A DNA stretch of 64,000 nucleotides from an uncultured Oscillospiraceae bacterium (lineage in GTDB: Bacteria > Bacillota > Clostridia > Oscillospirales > Oscillospiraceae). Positions within the stretch are counted from its first letter, which is position 1. Each line of letters starts with the position of its first letter. The notes below the pieces were generated by a model. That model worked only from the letters and a program-made list of their open reading frames with translations, did not search any database and was not told the DNA's origin. The stretch is from NCBI GenBank assembly GCA_947626905.1, contig CANQUE010000003.1:17660-81659 (forward strand), in the 5' to 3' direction. Made by a program: the position numbers and the translations under genes. Of the stretch, positions 1 through 8,569 are shown one piece after another.

Positions 1-707
1 TCCAGCGCCACGGGCACGCCCTGGTCGAATTCCAGGGTTATGTAGGTGGGCGCATCCGGGGCCTGCAGCGGGCTGACGCCCATCTCCAAAAAGCCGGGCT
101 TTTCATACTGGGGCTCGTTGCCCGTATCCTCCAGATCCAGTCCCTCGTGGCTCAGATGCCACAGGTTCTTGTCCTTGGAATAGTTGCTCTGCCGGTCGAT
201 CCGCAGGGGCACATGGTGGGCCTCGGCGTAGTCGATCTCCTCTTCCCGGCTCTTGATGGACCACTCCCGCCAGGGGGCGATGATCTTCATGTCGGGGGCG
301 AAGTGCCGGATGGCCAGCTCAAAGCGGACCTGGTCGTTCCCCTTGCCGGTGCAGCCGTGGACGATGGCGTCCGCCCCTTCCTTCAGGGCCACCTCCACCA
401 GTCCCTTGGCGATGCAGGGCCGGGCATGGCTGGTGCCCAGCAGGTATTCCTCATACACCGCCCCGGCCTTCATGGTGGGGATGATGTACTCGTTCACGTA
501 CTCCTCCGTCAGGTCCAGCACATACAGCTTGGACGCGCCGGTGGCCAGGGCCTTTTCCTCCAGGCCCTCCAGCTCGTCCGCCTGGCCCACGTTCCCGGCC
601 ACGGCGATGACCTCACAGTTATTATAATTCTCCTTCAGCCAGGGGATGATGATGGATGTGTCCAGCCCCCCGGAGTAGGCCAGCACGACTTTTTTGATCT
701 CGGACAT
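1..707 (-). CDS. argG: argininosuccinate synthase, N-terminal ~235 aa (rest of gene outside window)
   Basis: Minus-strand reading from ATG 707 gives [28 protein letters not shown]...[14 protein letters not shown] (PP-loop SGGLDTS and GKGNDQ signatures). It is absent from the ORF track because there is no stop in the window. The + ORFs 147-734 and 253-627 are its antisense shadow. Confidence 0.9.
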   Translation of the reverse strand, partial: MSEIKKVVLAYSGGLDTSIIIPWLKENYNNCEVIAVAGNVGQADELEGLEEKALATGASKLYVLDLTEEYVNEYIIPTMKAGAVYEEYLLGTSHARPCIAKGLVEVALKEGADAIVHGCTGKGNDQVRFELAIRHFAPDMKIIAPWREWSIKSREEEIDYAEAHHVPLRIDRQSNYSKDKNLWHLSHEGLDLEDTGNEPQYEKPGFLEMGVSPLQAPDAPTYITLEFDQGVPVAL

Positions 708-846
708 ATTGTTGCCTCCTGTTTTTCGCAGTAAGCGTATCATACTCCTGCCCGGGATGAATATCAATACTTATATTCACAAAAATAATGAATATTTTCA
801 ACCCGACCAACCAAAAGCCCGGGGGCGTCTGCCCCCGGGCTGCGAT

Positions 847-1692
847 TCACTTCTTGTCCGCCGTTTCCATGGGCGGTCTGTACTTATCCTTCCGCTGGGG
901 CGTGGGCACCAGCCGCTCCACCAGGCTTTTGGAGCGGCGGCTGCTGTACTTCACGTAAAAATACCCCAGCGTGGAGAACACCACCGCGCCGATGAAGTTG
1001 ACGAACAGGTCCTCCATGGTGTCGATCAGGCCGATGTCCAGATACCCGCCCAGGCCCAGGCTCCGGCCGTTCACCGCCACGTCGGTGATGCCCCGCACCG
1101 GCACGGCGATGTTGCTGCGGGTGGGGTCCAGCATGGTGGAGGCGAAGGCGTGGACCACCGTGTCCTTCTGCATGTCCAGGGCGAAGAATTTGTCCATGGC
1201 GAACTCGAAAAACTCCCACAGCACCCCGATGGTCATGGAGAAGCAGAAGGCCACCAGCGCCATGAAAAAGGGGGACAGATCGAAGGTCAGCCGCCGGGAC
1301 CGGTTCAGGATGTCCACCAGCGAAAAGCCGATCACCGCGCAGAAGAACCCGTTCAGGGTGTGCATCACCATATCCCAGTTGGGCACCAGGATATAAAACG
1401 CGCCGATCTCCCCCAGGATCTCCGTGGCGAAGATGAACAGCAGCATCACGATCTCCAGCAGGGACGGGAACTCCACCTTGAACGTCACCTGCAGCACGCT
1501 GGGTACGATCATCAGCGCCAGGGTCACGATCCCCAGGAACACATTCTCCCAGTTCCGATTGATGACCTGCAGGACGATGACCACGATCACCAGCAGCCGC
1601 AGCACCGAGTAGACGATGAACGTCTTCCGGTTCTCCCTCAGCTCGTATTTCACCTGTCCCCAGAATTCTTTGAATGCGCGGCGTCTTTTCAT
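847..1692 (-). CDS. conserved multi-pass integral membrane protein, function unknown
   Basis: 281-aa ORF with ATG start and GGGGAGG RBS. Several hydrophobic helices (LLVIVVIVLQVI, IVTLALMIVPSVL, FFCAVIGFSLV, FFMALVAFCFSMTIGVLW). No family recognised with certainty. Confidence 0.75.
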   Translation of the reverse strand: MKRRRAFKEFWGQVKYELRENRKTFIVYSVLRLLVIVVIVLQVINRNWENVFLGIVTLALMIVPSVLQVTFKVEFPSLLEIVMLLFIFATEILGEIGAFYILVPNWDMVMHTLNGFFCAVIGFSLVDILNRSRRLTFDLSPFFMALVAFCFSMTIGVLWEFFEFAMDKFFALDMQKDTVVHAFASTMLDPTRSNIAVPVRGITDVAVNGRSLGLGGYLDIGLIDTMEDLFVNFIGAVVFSTLGYFYVKYSSRRSKSLVERLVPTPQRKDKYRPPMETADKK

Positions 1693-1827
1693 CCTTTTCC
1701 TCCCCTTTTCCCCATTATAGCGCGCTCCGCGCCCCGCCGCAAGGCGTTTTTGCGGCTCTACTTTGCGTAGGTATACATTTCCGGCGGGCGGTGGTATACT
1801 TTTCCCCGTCGAAAGGGGGGCTTGGAT

Positions 1828-2580
1828 ATGAATCAGGCCAAGATAGGCGCCTTCATCGCCCAGCGGCGAAAGCAGCTGGGACTCACCCAGGCCCAGCTTG
1901 CGGAGCGGCTGGCGGTGACGGACAAGGCGGTGAGCAAATGGGAAACGGGCCGGGGCCTGCCCGACGCGTCGCTTTTCCAGCCCCTCAGCGAGGCGCTGGG
2001 CGTGTCGCTGGGCGAGCTCTTCGCCGGGGAAACGGTGCCGCCGGCGGATCTGGCGGAGCGCACGGAGCAGGCCGCCATCGGCCTGTTCGCCCTGGCCCAG
2101 GAGTGGCTGCGCCAGAGAAGGCTCATCAACACCGCGTTCTTCCTCGTGCTGGCGCTGGATGTGCTGCTGCCCACTAATGCCTTATTCCTGGGCTGGCCGG
2201 ACTATGACACCGCCCGCGCCCTCAGCGGGTGGATACCGTCGGTGAACCTCATGCTGCTGTTCTTCGGCGGCTCCTTCGCCCGGGCGAACCGGGACAGCCG
2301 CCCCATCCAATGGGCGTTCGCCGCGGCCGGGGCGGTGCTGCTCGCCTCCGCCGTCACGGCGCTGGTGCTGTGCGCTCTCTCCGGCGCGGGCAGCTTTTAC
2401 CGGGCCGACCCCCTCTATCTGGCGGGCCTGCGGGCGGGCTTTCCCTGCGAGTTTCTGTTCTGGGGCTTTTTCCGTCAGCATCTGGCCGGCGGGGCGGAGC
2501 TTTTCTTCCTGCTGATGGCCATACTGGCCCTGGTCTGCGTCGTCAGTGGGGTCCAGAGCCTGCGGGCCATGAAAAAGTAA
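1828..2580 (+). CDS. XRE-family HTH transcriptional regulator fused to a C-terminal membrane domain
   Basis: N-terminus IGAFIAQRRKQLGLTQAQLAERLAVTDKAVSKWETGRGLPD is a classic HTH_3 motif. The C-terminal half is hydrophobic. ATG 1828 sits 7 nt after the GGGGGG RBS; the track start 1822 is TTG. Confidence 0.85.
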   Translation: MNQAKIGAFIAQRRKQLGLTQAQLAERLAVTDKAVSKWETGRGLPDASLFQPLSEALGVSLGELFAGETVPPADLAERTEQAAIGLFALAQEWLRQRRLINTAFFLVLALDVLLPTNALFLGWPDYDTARALSGWIPSVNLMLLFFGGSFARANRDSRPIQWAFAAAGAVLLASAVTALVLCALSGAGSFYRADPLYLAGLRAGFPCEFLFWGFFRQHLAGGAELFFLLMAILALVCVVSGVQSLRAMKK

Positions 2581-2584
2581 AATG

Positions 2585-2611
2585 CGGACCGGGAGCGCCA
2601 GCCCCGGTCCG
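2585..2611. terminator. GC-rich hairpin between convergent genes
   Basis: CGGACCGGG-N9-CCCGGTCCG stem between the stops at 2580 (+) and 2638 (-). Confidence 0.55.
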
Positions 2612-2637
2612 TTAATATTATGTAAATTGAATTATGT

Positions 2638-3795
2638 CTACTTCCTAACGCCCCAGACCATCAGCGCCGCGCCGGCGGCGGCGCTGGCCGACGCCGCGGC
2701 CAGGGTCCAGCCCACGCCAGCCCCGTCCAGCAGCACCCCGCCCAGGGCGCTGGCGCAGATGTTGCCCACGGTGATCATGGCGGTGATCCAGGCCTGGGCC
2801 CGGTTCACCTGGTCCGGCCCGGCCATCTGTCCGGCCCAGCGCACGGAGGCGGGGATGAACAGCGCGTAGCTCAGCCCCTGGAAAAACATGGCCCCATACA
2901 GCCCCGCCATAGACCCGGCGGCCAGGGTCAGGGCGGTCTTTACCGCAAAAAATACCGCCGAGAACCGGAGCAGGCCTCCGGCGGAGAACCGCCGCAGCAG
3001 CCGCTCGAACAGCACCATCCCCGGCAGCTCCAGCACGGCGATATAGCCCGTCAGCAGGCCCATGTCCCCGCTGTCGCCGCCCACGTTCTCCACGATCTGG
3101 ATGGTGAAGCTGGACAGGATGGCGTGGGCGAAAAACAGCAGCGCCGTAGCGCCCAGCATCCTTGCGAACCGCCGGTCCGCCAGCAGCCGCCCGGCCGGAG
3201 CGGCGCCCTCTTCCTGTCTTTGCGCCGGGGCGGGCGGGCCCGCCCGGCTGAACAGCGCCGTCAGCGCCAGCATCACCGCCGCCGCCAGGACCCCTGTCAC
3301 CGGCACGGCGATCTCGCCCGTGTCCAGGACGATCCGGCCCAGCGCCGCCGCCAGCAGCCCGTAGGCCAGCGACCCCACCGCCCGGCACAGGCCGAAGGGC
3401 ACCTCCGTGCCCAGCCGCTCCAGATAATAGGCCAGGCCGTTCACCAGCGGCTGGAGCACGATCACCAGCGCCAGAAATCCCGCCGCCAGCAGTCCCACCG
3501 CCCAGCCCCTGCCGGGCAGCCACGCCAACGCGGCCGCGGCCAGGGCCACCGCCCCTGTCACGGCGCCGATCACCGCCAGCGGCGCCCGGGCCGACCGGTC
3601 CGCCAGGGCGGCCAGGACGGGCTGGAGCACCAGTCCCAGCACATGTCCCGCCGCCACGATGACCCCCAGCTGGCTGTTGGAATAGCCCCGGCCCAGGAGA
3701 AACACGCCGGTGAAGGAATAGGCCAGACAGCACAGCATCCAATATACGCCGTTCAGAGCCCCATAGGCCCCGTTCAGCACGCCGGGCCGCTTCAC
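2638..3795 (-). CDS. MFS-type transporter
   Basis: 385-aa protein, highly hydrophobic with about 12 predicted helices. GTG start preceded by GGAGG. The call rests on the general MFS-like layout only. Confidence 0.7.
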   Translation of the reverse strand: MKRPGVLNGAYGALNGVYWMLCCLAYSFTGVFLLGRGYSNSQLGVIVAAGHVLGLVLQPVLAALADRSARAPLAVIGAVTGAVALAAAALAWLPGRGWAVGLLAAGFLALVIVLQPLVNGLAYYLERLGTEVPFGLCRAVGSLAYGLLAAALGRIVLDTGEIAVPVTGVLAAAVMLALTALFSRAGPPAPAQRQEEGAAPAGRLLADRRFARMLGATALLFFAHAILSSFTIQIVENVGGDSGDMGLLTGYIAVLELPGMVLFERLLRRFSAGGLLRFSAVFFAVKTALTLAAGSMAGLYGAMFFQGLSYALFIPASVRWAGQMAGPDQVNRAQAWITAMITVGNICASALGGVLLDGAGVGWTLAAASASAAAGAALMVWGVRK

Positions 3796-4058
3796 GCTCG
3801 GCCACCTCCCCCCTGTCAGACGGCACGATTATAGCCCAACCGGGCCCGATTGTAAAGCGGGCCCGGCCTGTATCCGCCAGGCAAAAAGCGGCCGCCTTTC
3901 ATCGCGTCAGACGACCCCCTCGCGCGAAAGCGTTGACAGCCCCGGCGCGCCCTGCTATCATACAAAACGATCGGAAGCAAGCGGACCATCTCCGCCAAAG
4001 ACGGCCATAGGTCAGGCCGCCTGCCGAAAGATCATACAAAGCAAAAGGAGAAAACGCG

Positions 4059-5399
4059 ATGAAACGCAGCTTGAAGCGTTTGGCGGCCCTGATGCTGGCA
4101 GCGGCACTGTGCCTGGGTCTGGGCGCGACGGCCCTGGCGGCGGAGGACGGCGCCGATCCCCGGGCGCTCTTTGAGCAGGGGATGATGTATCTGAACGCGG
4201 ACAACGCGGCCGCCGCCGTGGGACCCATGACCCAGGCCGCGGAAGCAGGCCTGGCCGAGGCCCAGTTCTGTCTGGGCTCCATGTACTTCTATGGGGATGG
4301 CGTGGAAAAGGACGCCGCCCGGGCGTTGGAGCTGTACCAGCAGGCGGCGGACCAGGGCCTGGCCAGCGCCATATACGCCGTGGGCTTCCTCTATGTCGAG
4401 GGACTGGGCGTGGAGCAGGATCTCGATCGCGGTCTGGAGCTGATGACCGCCGCGGCGGAGCAGGGCTTTGCGGACGCCCAGAGCACCCTGGGCACCATAT
4501 ATTTCTACGGCGAGTGCGGCGTGGAGCAGGACTATGCCCAGGCGCTGGAGTGGCTCCGAAAGGCGGCCAAACAAGGCGCGCCGGGAGGCCAGGAGGCCGT
4601 GGGCGAGTACTACGAAGAGGGCTATGGCGTGGTGGACGTGGACTATGCCGAAGCGGCCGCGTGGTATGAAAAGGCCGCCGCCCAGGGCCATATAGAGGCG
4701 GCGTACCGCCTGGGACGGCTCTATGATCTCGGCTGGGGCGTGGAGCAGGACGGGGACCGGGCCGAAGAGCTATATACCCAGGCGTATGAGGCCATCACGG
4801 CGCTGGGCGATGAAGCCGATGGCGTCCAACGGCTCATCCTGGCGGAGATCTATCGGGGCGGCCGGATCGTGGAGAGGGATATGGACAAGGCCCTGGAGCT
4901 GTACGCCGCCTCTATCGAAGAGGGCAACCCCAAAGCGCCGGGGGTCCTGGGCTCCCTCTACTTCTTCGGCGACGGCGTGGAACAGGACATGGAGAAGGCG
5001 CTGGAGCTCTTCCAGGAGGGCGCGGAGCGGAACGACCGCGATGCCCTGTCCTGGCTGGGATACATGTATGTCACCGGCACCGGCGTGGAACAGGACCAGG
5101 AGAAAGCGTTCGGATTTTTCCGGCAGAGCGCGGAGCAGGGCGCCCTCTATTCCCAATCCTGGCTGGGATACATGTATGTCACCGGCACCGGTACAGAGCG
5201 GGATTACGGCTTGGCCCGCCATTGGTACGAGATCGCCGCCGCGGCGGGCGATGTCAGCGCCCTAACGAACCTGGCGGAGATGTACGAAAACGGCGAGGGC
5301 ATGGACGTGGACATGGATATGGCCAGAGAGCTCTATGAAAAAGCGGCCGCCCTGGGCGGCGAGGAGGCCCGGATGCGCCTCGGCGCCCTGGGAGAATGA
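4059..5399 (+). CDS. secreted/lipoprotein Sel1-like (SLR) repeat protein
   Basis: Signal peptide MKRSLKRLAALMLAAALCLGLGA. Roughly 10 repeats of the pattern A..WY.KAA.QG...AQ..LG.MY..G.GV..D. AAAGGAG RBS. Confidence 0.85.
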   Translation: MKRSLKRLAALMLAAALCLGLGATALAAEDGADPRALFEQGMMYLNADNAAAAVGPMTQAAEAGLAEAQFCLGSMYFYGDGVEKDAARALELYQQAADQGLASAIYAVGFLYVEGLGVEQDLDRGLELMTAAAEQGFADAQSTLGTIYFYGECGVEQDYAQALEWLRKAAKQGAPGGQEAVGEYYEEGYGVVDVDYAEAAAWYEKAAAQGHIEAAYRLGRLYDLGWGVEQDGDRAEELYTQAYEAITALGDEADGVQRLILAEIYRGGRIVERDMDKALELYAASIEEGNPKAPGVLGSLYFFGDGVEQDMEKALELFQEGAERNDRDALSWLGYMYVTGTGVEQDQEKAFGFFRQSAEQGALYSQSWLGYMYVTGTGTERDYGLARHWYEIAAAAGDVSALTNLAEMYENGEGMDVDMDMARELYEKAAALGGEEARMRLGALGE

Positions 5400-5426
5400 T
5401 CTCTCCTGCGCAGAAAAGGGACCGGG

Positions 5427-5463
5427 AGCGGGGCCGTTTTTGAAACAGCTCCGCTCTTTTTTG
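5427..5463 (+). terminator. rho-independent terminator after the Sel1-repeat gene
   Basis: 9-bp stem GAGCGGGGC/GCTCCGCTC followed by TTTTTT. Confidence 0.7.
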
Positions 5464-5541
5464 ACCCATCGGCCATGTTGTCCTCCTGGCGGAAACGGGC
5501 CGGACAAGAACGGCCCGACACAGCTTGTATGCCTGGCCCGG

Positions 5542-5570
5542 TTGACACCCGCCGGACAAAATGGTATAGT
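5542..5570 (+). promoter_or_regulatory. sigma-70/SigA-type promoter upstream of the (split) tRNA-Ser locus
   Basis: TTGACA (5542-5547), 17-nt spacer, TATAGT (5565-5570). Confidence 0.65.
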
Positions 5571-5650
5571 ATGGAGGCCACGGAGAGCGATCCAAGCGCC
5601 GTCGCGGGCCCGGTCCCCGATCCTCTTCGCCTCCGGGCACGACCAAATAC

Positions 5651-5691
5651 GGAAGCGTATCGAAGTGGTCATAACGGGCCTGACTCGAAAT
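5651..5691 (+). pseudogene. 5' half of a disrupted tRNA-Ser(CGA) gene (acceptor 5' strand, D arm, anticodon stem/loop)
   Basis: GGAAGCGTATCGAAGTGGTCATAACGGGCCTGACTCGAAAT is near-identical in layout to the 5' half of the intact tRNA at 5822. Its acceptor strand pairs 7/7 with CGCTTCC at 14141-14147. No T arm follows it. Confidence 0.7.
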
Positions 5692-5706
5692 CTAAACCCA
5701 TCAGCT

Positions 5707-5741
5707 TATATGAAGCTATATGAGCTTATATGAAGTTACAT
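5707..5741 (+). repeat. left-arm short direct repeats (putative integrase arm-type sites)
   Basis: CTTATATGAAG CTATATGAG CTTATATGAAG TTACAT. The same ATATGAAG(N)TA(T/C)AT motif recurs at 13974-14072 in the same orientation. Confidence 0.6.
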
Positions 5742-5821
5742 CGGGTTTTCGCCGATCTGCTTCCACAACAGCACAACAAAATAGCGATGTTTAAGCCGGT
5801 CACACCGGTTTGAATATACAT

Positions 5822-5912
5822 GGAGCGGTATCGAAGTGGACACAACGAGCTCGACTCGAAATCGAGTTGCCGGTGAAACGGCACGTGGGTTCGAATCCCA
5901 CCCGCTCCGCCA
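5822..5912 (+). tRNA. tRNA-Ser (anticodon CGA), class II with long variable arm, CCA encoded
   Basis: Acceptor GGAGCGG/CCGCTCC. Anticodon stem CTCGA/TCGAG with loop CTCGAAA. Variable arm GCCG-GTGAAA-CGGC. T arm GTGGG-TTCGAAT-CCCAC. Discriminator G, then CCA. Confidence 0.9.
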
Positions 5913-5923
5913 GTTTTAAAAAA

Positions 5924-5960
5924 CCCACTTCAAACCCCATCTGAAGTGGGTTTTGCTCTT
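5924..5960 (+). terminator. rho-independent terminator after the tRNA
   Basis: CCCACTTCA-N9-TGAAGTGGG followed by a TTTTGCTCTTTT run. Confidence 0.7.
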
Positions 5961-5971
5961 TTATGAACAAA

Positions 5972-6003
5972 TCCAATCATAATCAGGTCCAATCATAATC
6001 AGG
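5972..6003 (+). repeat. perfect tandem 16-bp repeat x2
   Basis: TCCAATCATAATCAGG TCCAATCATAATCAGG. Confidence 0.9.
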
Positions 6004-6011
6004 GGTATACT

Positions 6012-6131
6012 ATGACTATCGAAGAAAACGAGCACACTGAATTCTGGACAAAACTTATCCATCGGCTGCAGGAAACGCAAAATGACCTCAACAACCTCAG
6101 TCCGGCCACACGGCAGAGGGTCCAATCGTAA
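6012..6131 (+). CDS. possible 39-aa small protein
   Basis: ATG 6012 preceded by AGGGG. Translation MTIEENEHTEFWTKLIHRLQETQNDLNNLSPATRQRVQS. No recognisable family and too short to judge coding potential. Confidence 0.25.
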   Translation: MTIEENEHTEFWTKLIHRLQETQNDLNNLSPATRQRVQS

Positions 6132-6207
6132 GGGCAGGCTGTTTTGAGGGCCTGTACCTTAGCCGACGCGATTGCGATGATCCAACGCTTTAGCCAGCAA
6201 TAAAACT

Positions 6208-6321
6208 CCATATTCACCCAGAAGACCTGAGAACACACGCTTTCAGGTCTTCTTTTTATCCACTCACAGCAGCAGAACATCCTATAATGGACACAAACTT
6301 AATAAGGAGGATGACCCCATG
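6208..6321 (+). repeat. integrase leader (terminator-like hairpin, TATAAT box, RBS), copy A of a ~113-bp direct repeat
   Basis: CCATATTCACCCAGAAGACCTGA...TCAGGTCTTCTTTTT...CCTATAATGGACACAAACTTAATAAGGAGGATGACCCCATGAG aligns with only a few mismatches to 14149-14260. Confidence 0.85.
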
Positions 6322-7500
6322 AGCATTCAACCGCGTCAAGTAAAGAACAAGAAGGATGAAAACCACGTCCCCACCCACAAGCCCGGCACCGTATACGACG
6401 TCTTCATCTCATACAAAGATGCCAACGGCAACAGGCACACCTATGGCAAACGGGGCTTTGCCACCAAAAGTCTTGCTATGCAGCATGAGGCAGAGATGTT
6501 CGTCACATTGAGCCGCAGCGGCTCCCACAAGTATTACAATGCGACCCTTGGTGAGTATTTGCAGGACTGGCTGGCAGAATATGCCTACAATTATCTGGCC
6601 CCATCTACATATCAGGGGTATCTAAGTTGCTTCCGGCAGCACATCATGCCGTCCATCGGATCGGTCAAGTTGCGCAAGCTGGCAGCCTCTGATATAGATA
6701 AGGTCTGTACGGAGATGATGCGCCAAGGTTATGCTGTTTCCTCTCAAAGGCACGCATACCGTGTGTTGAGCGTTTCCCTGGAACACGCGAGAAAGCACGG
6801 GTATATCGATGTGAACCCCGTGCGAAACAGCTTTGCAAGATTCAAAATCACGAAGAGGACAGATGAGCCATATTCGATCTCCGAAGTACGGAAACTCCTG
6901 GACGTCGTTTCCGATCCACAGATGCATTTTATCGTCATGCTGGCTGCACTATACGGTCTGCGCCGCGGCGAGATATATGGTCTTCAGATACAGGACATCG
7001 ATTTGGAAAACCATTGCTTCACCGTGTCACAGCAGCTGGCTTGCTGTGCGGAACGAAAGCGTACCGGCAGCATACTCGCCCCGCTCAAGACAAGTACCTC
7101 CTATCGCACATTGCCTATCACCGACCTTACCTATCCCTGTTTCGCCAAGCAGGTAGAAATGCGCGGCGGGAGCAACGCCGTGGGCCTCCTTATAACCCAG
7201 CCGGATGGACAGCCATATAGCGTTTCTCACTTATCGGAGCACTTTCCTCTACTGCTTGAGTCGCTGCAATTTCGGAAGATCCGCTTTCATGACCTGCGCC
7301 GGTCTGCCGCCACCAATATGCATGAGCTTACCGGCGATTATCTGACCATTGGGGCTATCCTCGGCCACTCCTTCAAAGGCATCACCGTTGCACTGGACAT
7401 CCCCGTTTGCGTCCCCGAGATCACCGGCCAGTATATAACCCTCAAGGATTCCCGAAAGCAGTATGTTCTGGAAATGTATCACAAGGCAGTATATAGCTGA
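6319..7500 (+). CDS. int: tyrosine integrase (phage-integrase family) with N-terminal AP2-like arm-binding domain
   Basis: 393 aa. Catalytic set visible: LRRGE (Arg), LKTSTSYRTLP (Lys), FHDLRRS (His-x-x-Arg), LGHS (His), TGQYIT (Tyr). The N-terminal segment GTVYDVFISYKDANGNRHTYGKRGFATK is typical of Tn916/ICE-type Int. AAGGAGG RBS. Confidence 0.9.
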   Translation: MSIQPRQVKNKKDENHVPTHKPGTVYDVFISYKDANGNRHTYGKRGFATKSLAMQHEAEMFVTLSRSGSHKYYNATLGEYLQDWLAEYAYNYLAPSTYQGYLSCFRQHIMPSIGSVKLRKLAASDIDKVCTEMMRQGYAVSSQRHAYRVLSVSLEHARKHGYIDVNPVRNSFARFKITKRTDEPYSISEVRKLLDVVSDPQMHFIVMLAALYGLRRGEIYGLQIQDIDLENHCFTVSQQLACCAERKRTGSILAPLKTSTSYRTLPITDLTYPCFAKQVEMRGGSNAVGLLITQPDGQPYSVSHLSEHFPLLLESLQFRKIRFHDLRRSAATNMHELTGDYLTIGAILGHSFKGITVALDIPVCVPEITGQYITLKDSRKQYVLEMYHKAVYS

Positions 7501-7546
7501 CACCCATTCGGTCCCATACGACGAATGCCCAAATTTAACTTTAATA

Positions 7547-7593
7547 TTGACATTTAACATCTGTTAAGTTAATATAGTATTAACCAAAGTTAA
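7547..7593 (+). promoter_or_regulatory. promoter with two palindromic operator-like sites upstream of the AbiE-like pair
   Basis: TTGACA (7547-7552), 17 nt, TAATAT (7570-7575). TTAAC-N4-GTTAA occurs at 7554-7567 (inside the spacer) and again at 7580-7593, centres 26 bp apart. Confidence 0.6.
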
Positions 7594-7606
7594 ATGGGGC
7601 GCTGTC

Positions 7607-8569
7607 ATGGATTATATCACGCAGACATTGGGCATTCCTGTCCACCGCAGCAAATGGGAACGAGCAGCGGAGCTTCCTTTTTACCTGACCAATTCCTATT
7701 CTCTTGAAAGCGCGGAATTGGGGGATCGCCACGCCCTCTTCCTGACGCCTGTTGGTAAATTGGGAACAATCGGCACCATCAAAAAGCACATCGCCCGGCT
7801 GGAGACTATCTGTCCCTGGCCGGTCGTGCTGGAACTGCCCGCCCTCAGCCGTCAGCGGAAGAGTTCCCTCATCGCGGAAAGGATCCCCTTTGTGGTGCCC
7901 GGAAAGCAGCTCTATCTTCCTTTTCTTGGCGCCGTCCTCTCCGAAAGAAATGACGTTGAAGCTGCCCCAGAGCCGATAGATAAACTGCTTCCTTCCGCGC
8001 AGATGCTGCTTTTCGCATTTATCCTTGGCGGCAATAAACTGATCTTTCTCAGCGATATGACAAAGCGATTCCACTGCGCCGCGATGACCATGTCCCGCGC
8101 CGCGCAGCAGCTTGTCCAGGCGGGGCTGTTGGACCGGAGTACACAAGGAGTGCAGATCCTTCTCAGCTCAGACTTAACGCCATGGGCGCTATATCAGACC
8201 GCTCTTCCCCATCTGATATCCCCGGTGCGAAAGACTGTGTACATTGACCGTGCCGAACTTCCGAAAGATGTGTTTTCCGCCGGACTGAGCGCTCTTTCCG
8301 AACAGGCGTTTATCAATCCCCCATTTGTGGAGTCCTGGGGAACTGTCGCGCAAGAGAAATCGTTCACTACGAAGAGCATGCTTTTGGTAGACACCACAAA
8401 GCAATGTGCCGTCGAGTTTTGGAAATACGATCCCAGGCTGGTCAGCGGAAGCCTATACGTTGACCCCCTCTCTCTCGCTGCCAGTTTGAGCGATACAAGT
8501 GATGAGCGCGTAGAACAGTCTGTAGATACTCTTCTCAGGGAGGCATTGCAGAATGGTCACCGGATTTGA
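7607..8569 (+). CDS. putative winged-helix regulator; candidate AbiEi-like antitoxin by position (function uncertain)
   Basis: 320-aa ORF whose stop overlaps the start of the nucleotidyltransferase gene by 17 nt. The central segment LSDMTKRFHCAAMTMSRAAQQLVQAGLLDR looks like wHTH. CDS confidence is high; the functional call is weak. Confidence 0.5.
   Translation: MDYITQTLGIPVHRSKWERAAELPFYLTNSYSLESAELGDRHALFLTPVGKLGTIGTIKKHIARLETICPWPVVLELPALSRQRKSSLIAERIPFVVPGKQLYLPFLGAVLSERNDVEAAPEPIDKLLPSAQMLLFAFILGGNKLIFLSDMTKRFHCAAMTMSRAAQQLVQAGLLDRSTQGVQILLSSDLTPWALYQTALPHLISPVRKTVYIDRAELPKDVFSAGLSALSEQAFINPPFVESWGTVAQEKSFTTKSMLLVDTTKQCAVEFWKYDPRLVSGSLYVDPLSLAASLSDTSDERVEQSVDTLLREALQNGHRI

Noticed and set aside
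5571-5650. Possible small RNA between the promoter at 5542-5570 and the tRNA fragment (GGAGGC...GCCTCC can pair)
   Set aside because: I could recognise no conserved ncRNA motif. It is most simply a tRNA precursor leader, and this cannot be judged further without covariance searches.
5707-5741. Short tandem repeats at the island ends as a possible CRISPR array
   Set aside because: The units are only 9-11 bp, contiguous without spacers, and few in number. No cas genes are present. They are interpreted as arm-type recombinase sites instead. No CRISPR array was seen anywhere in the window.
6622-7560. Several 60-110-aa ORFs on both strands inside the integrase gene
   Set aside because: They are nested in or antisense to a complete integrase with all catalytic residues. 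They have no RBS and no motifs.
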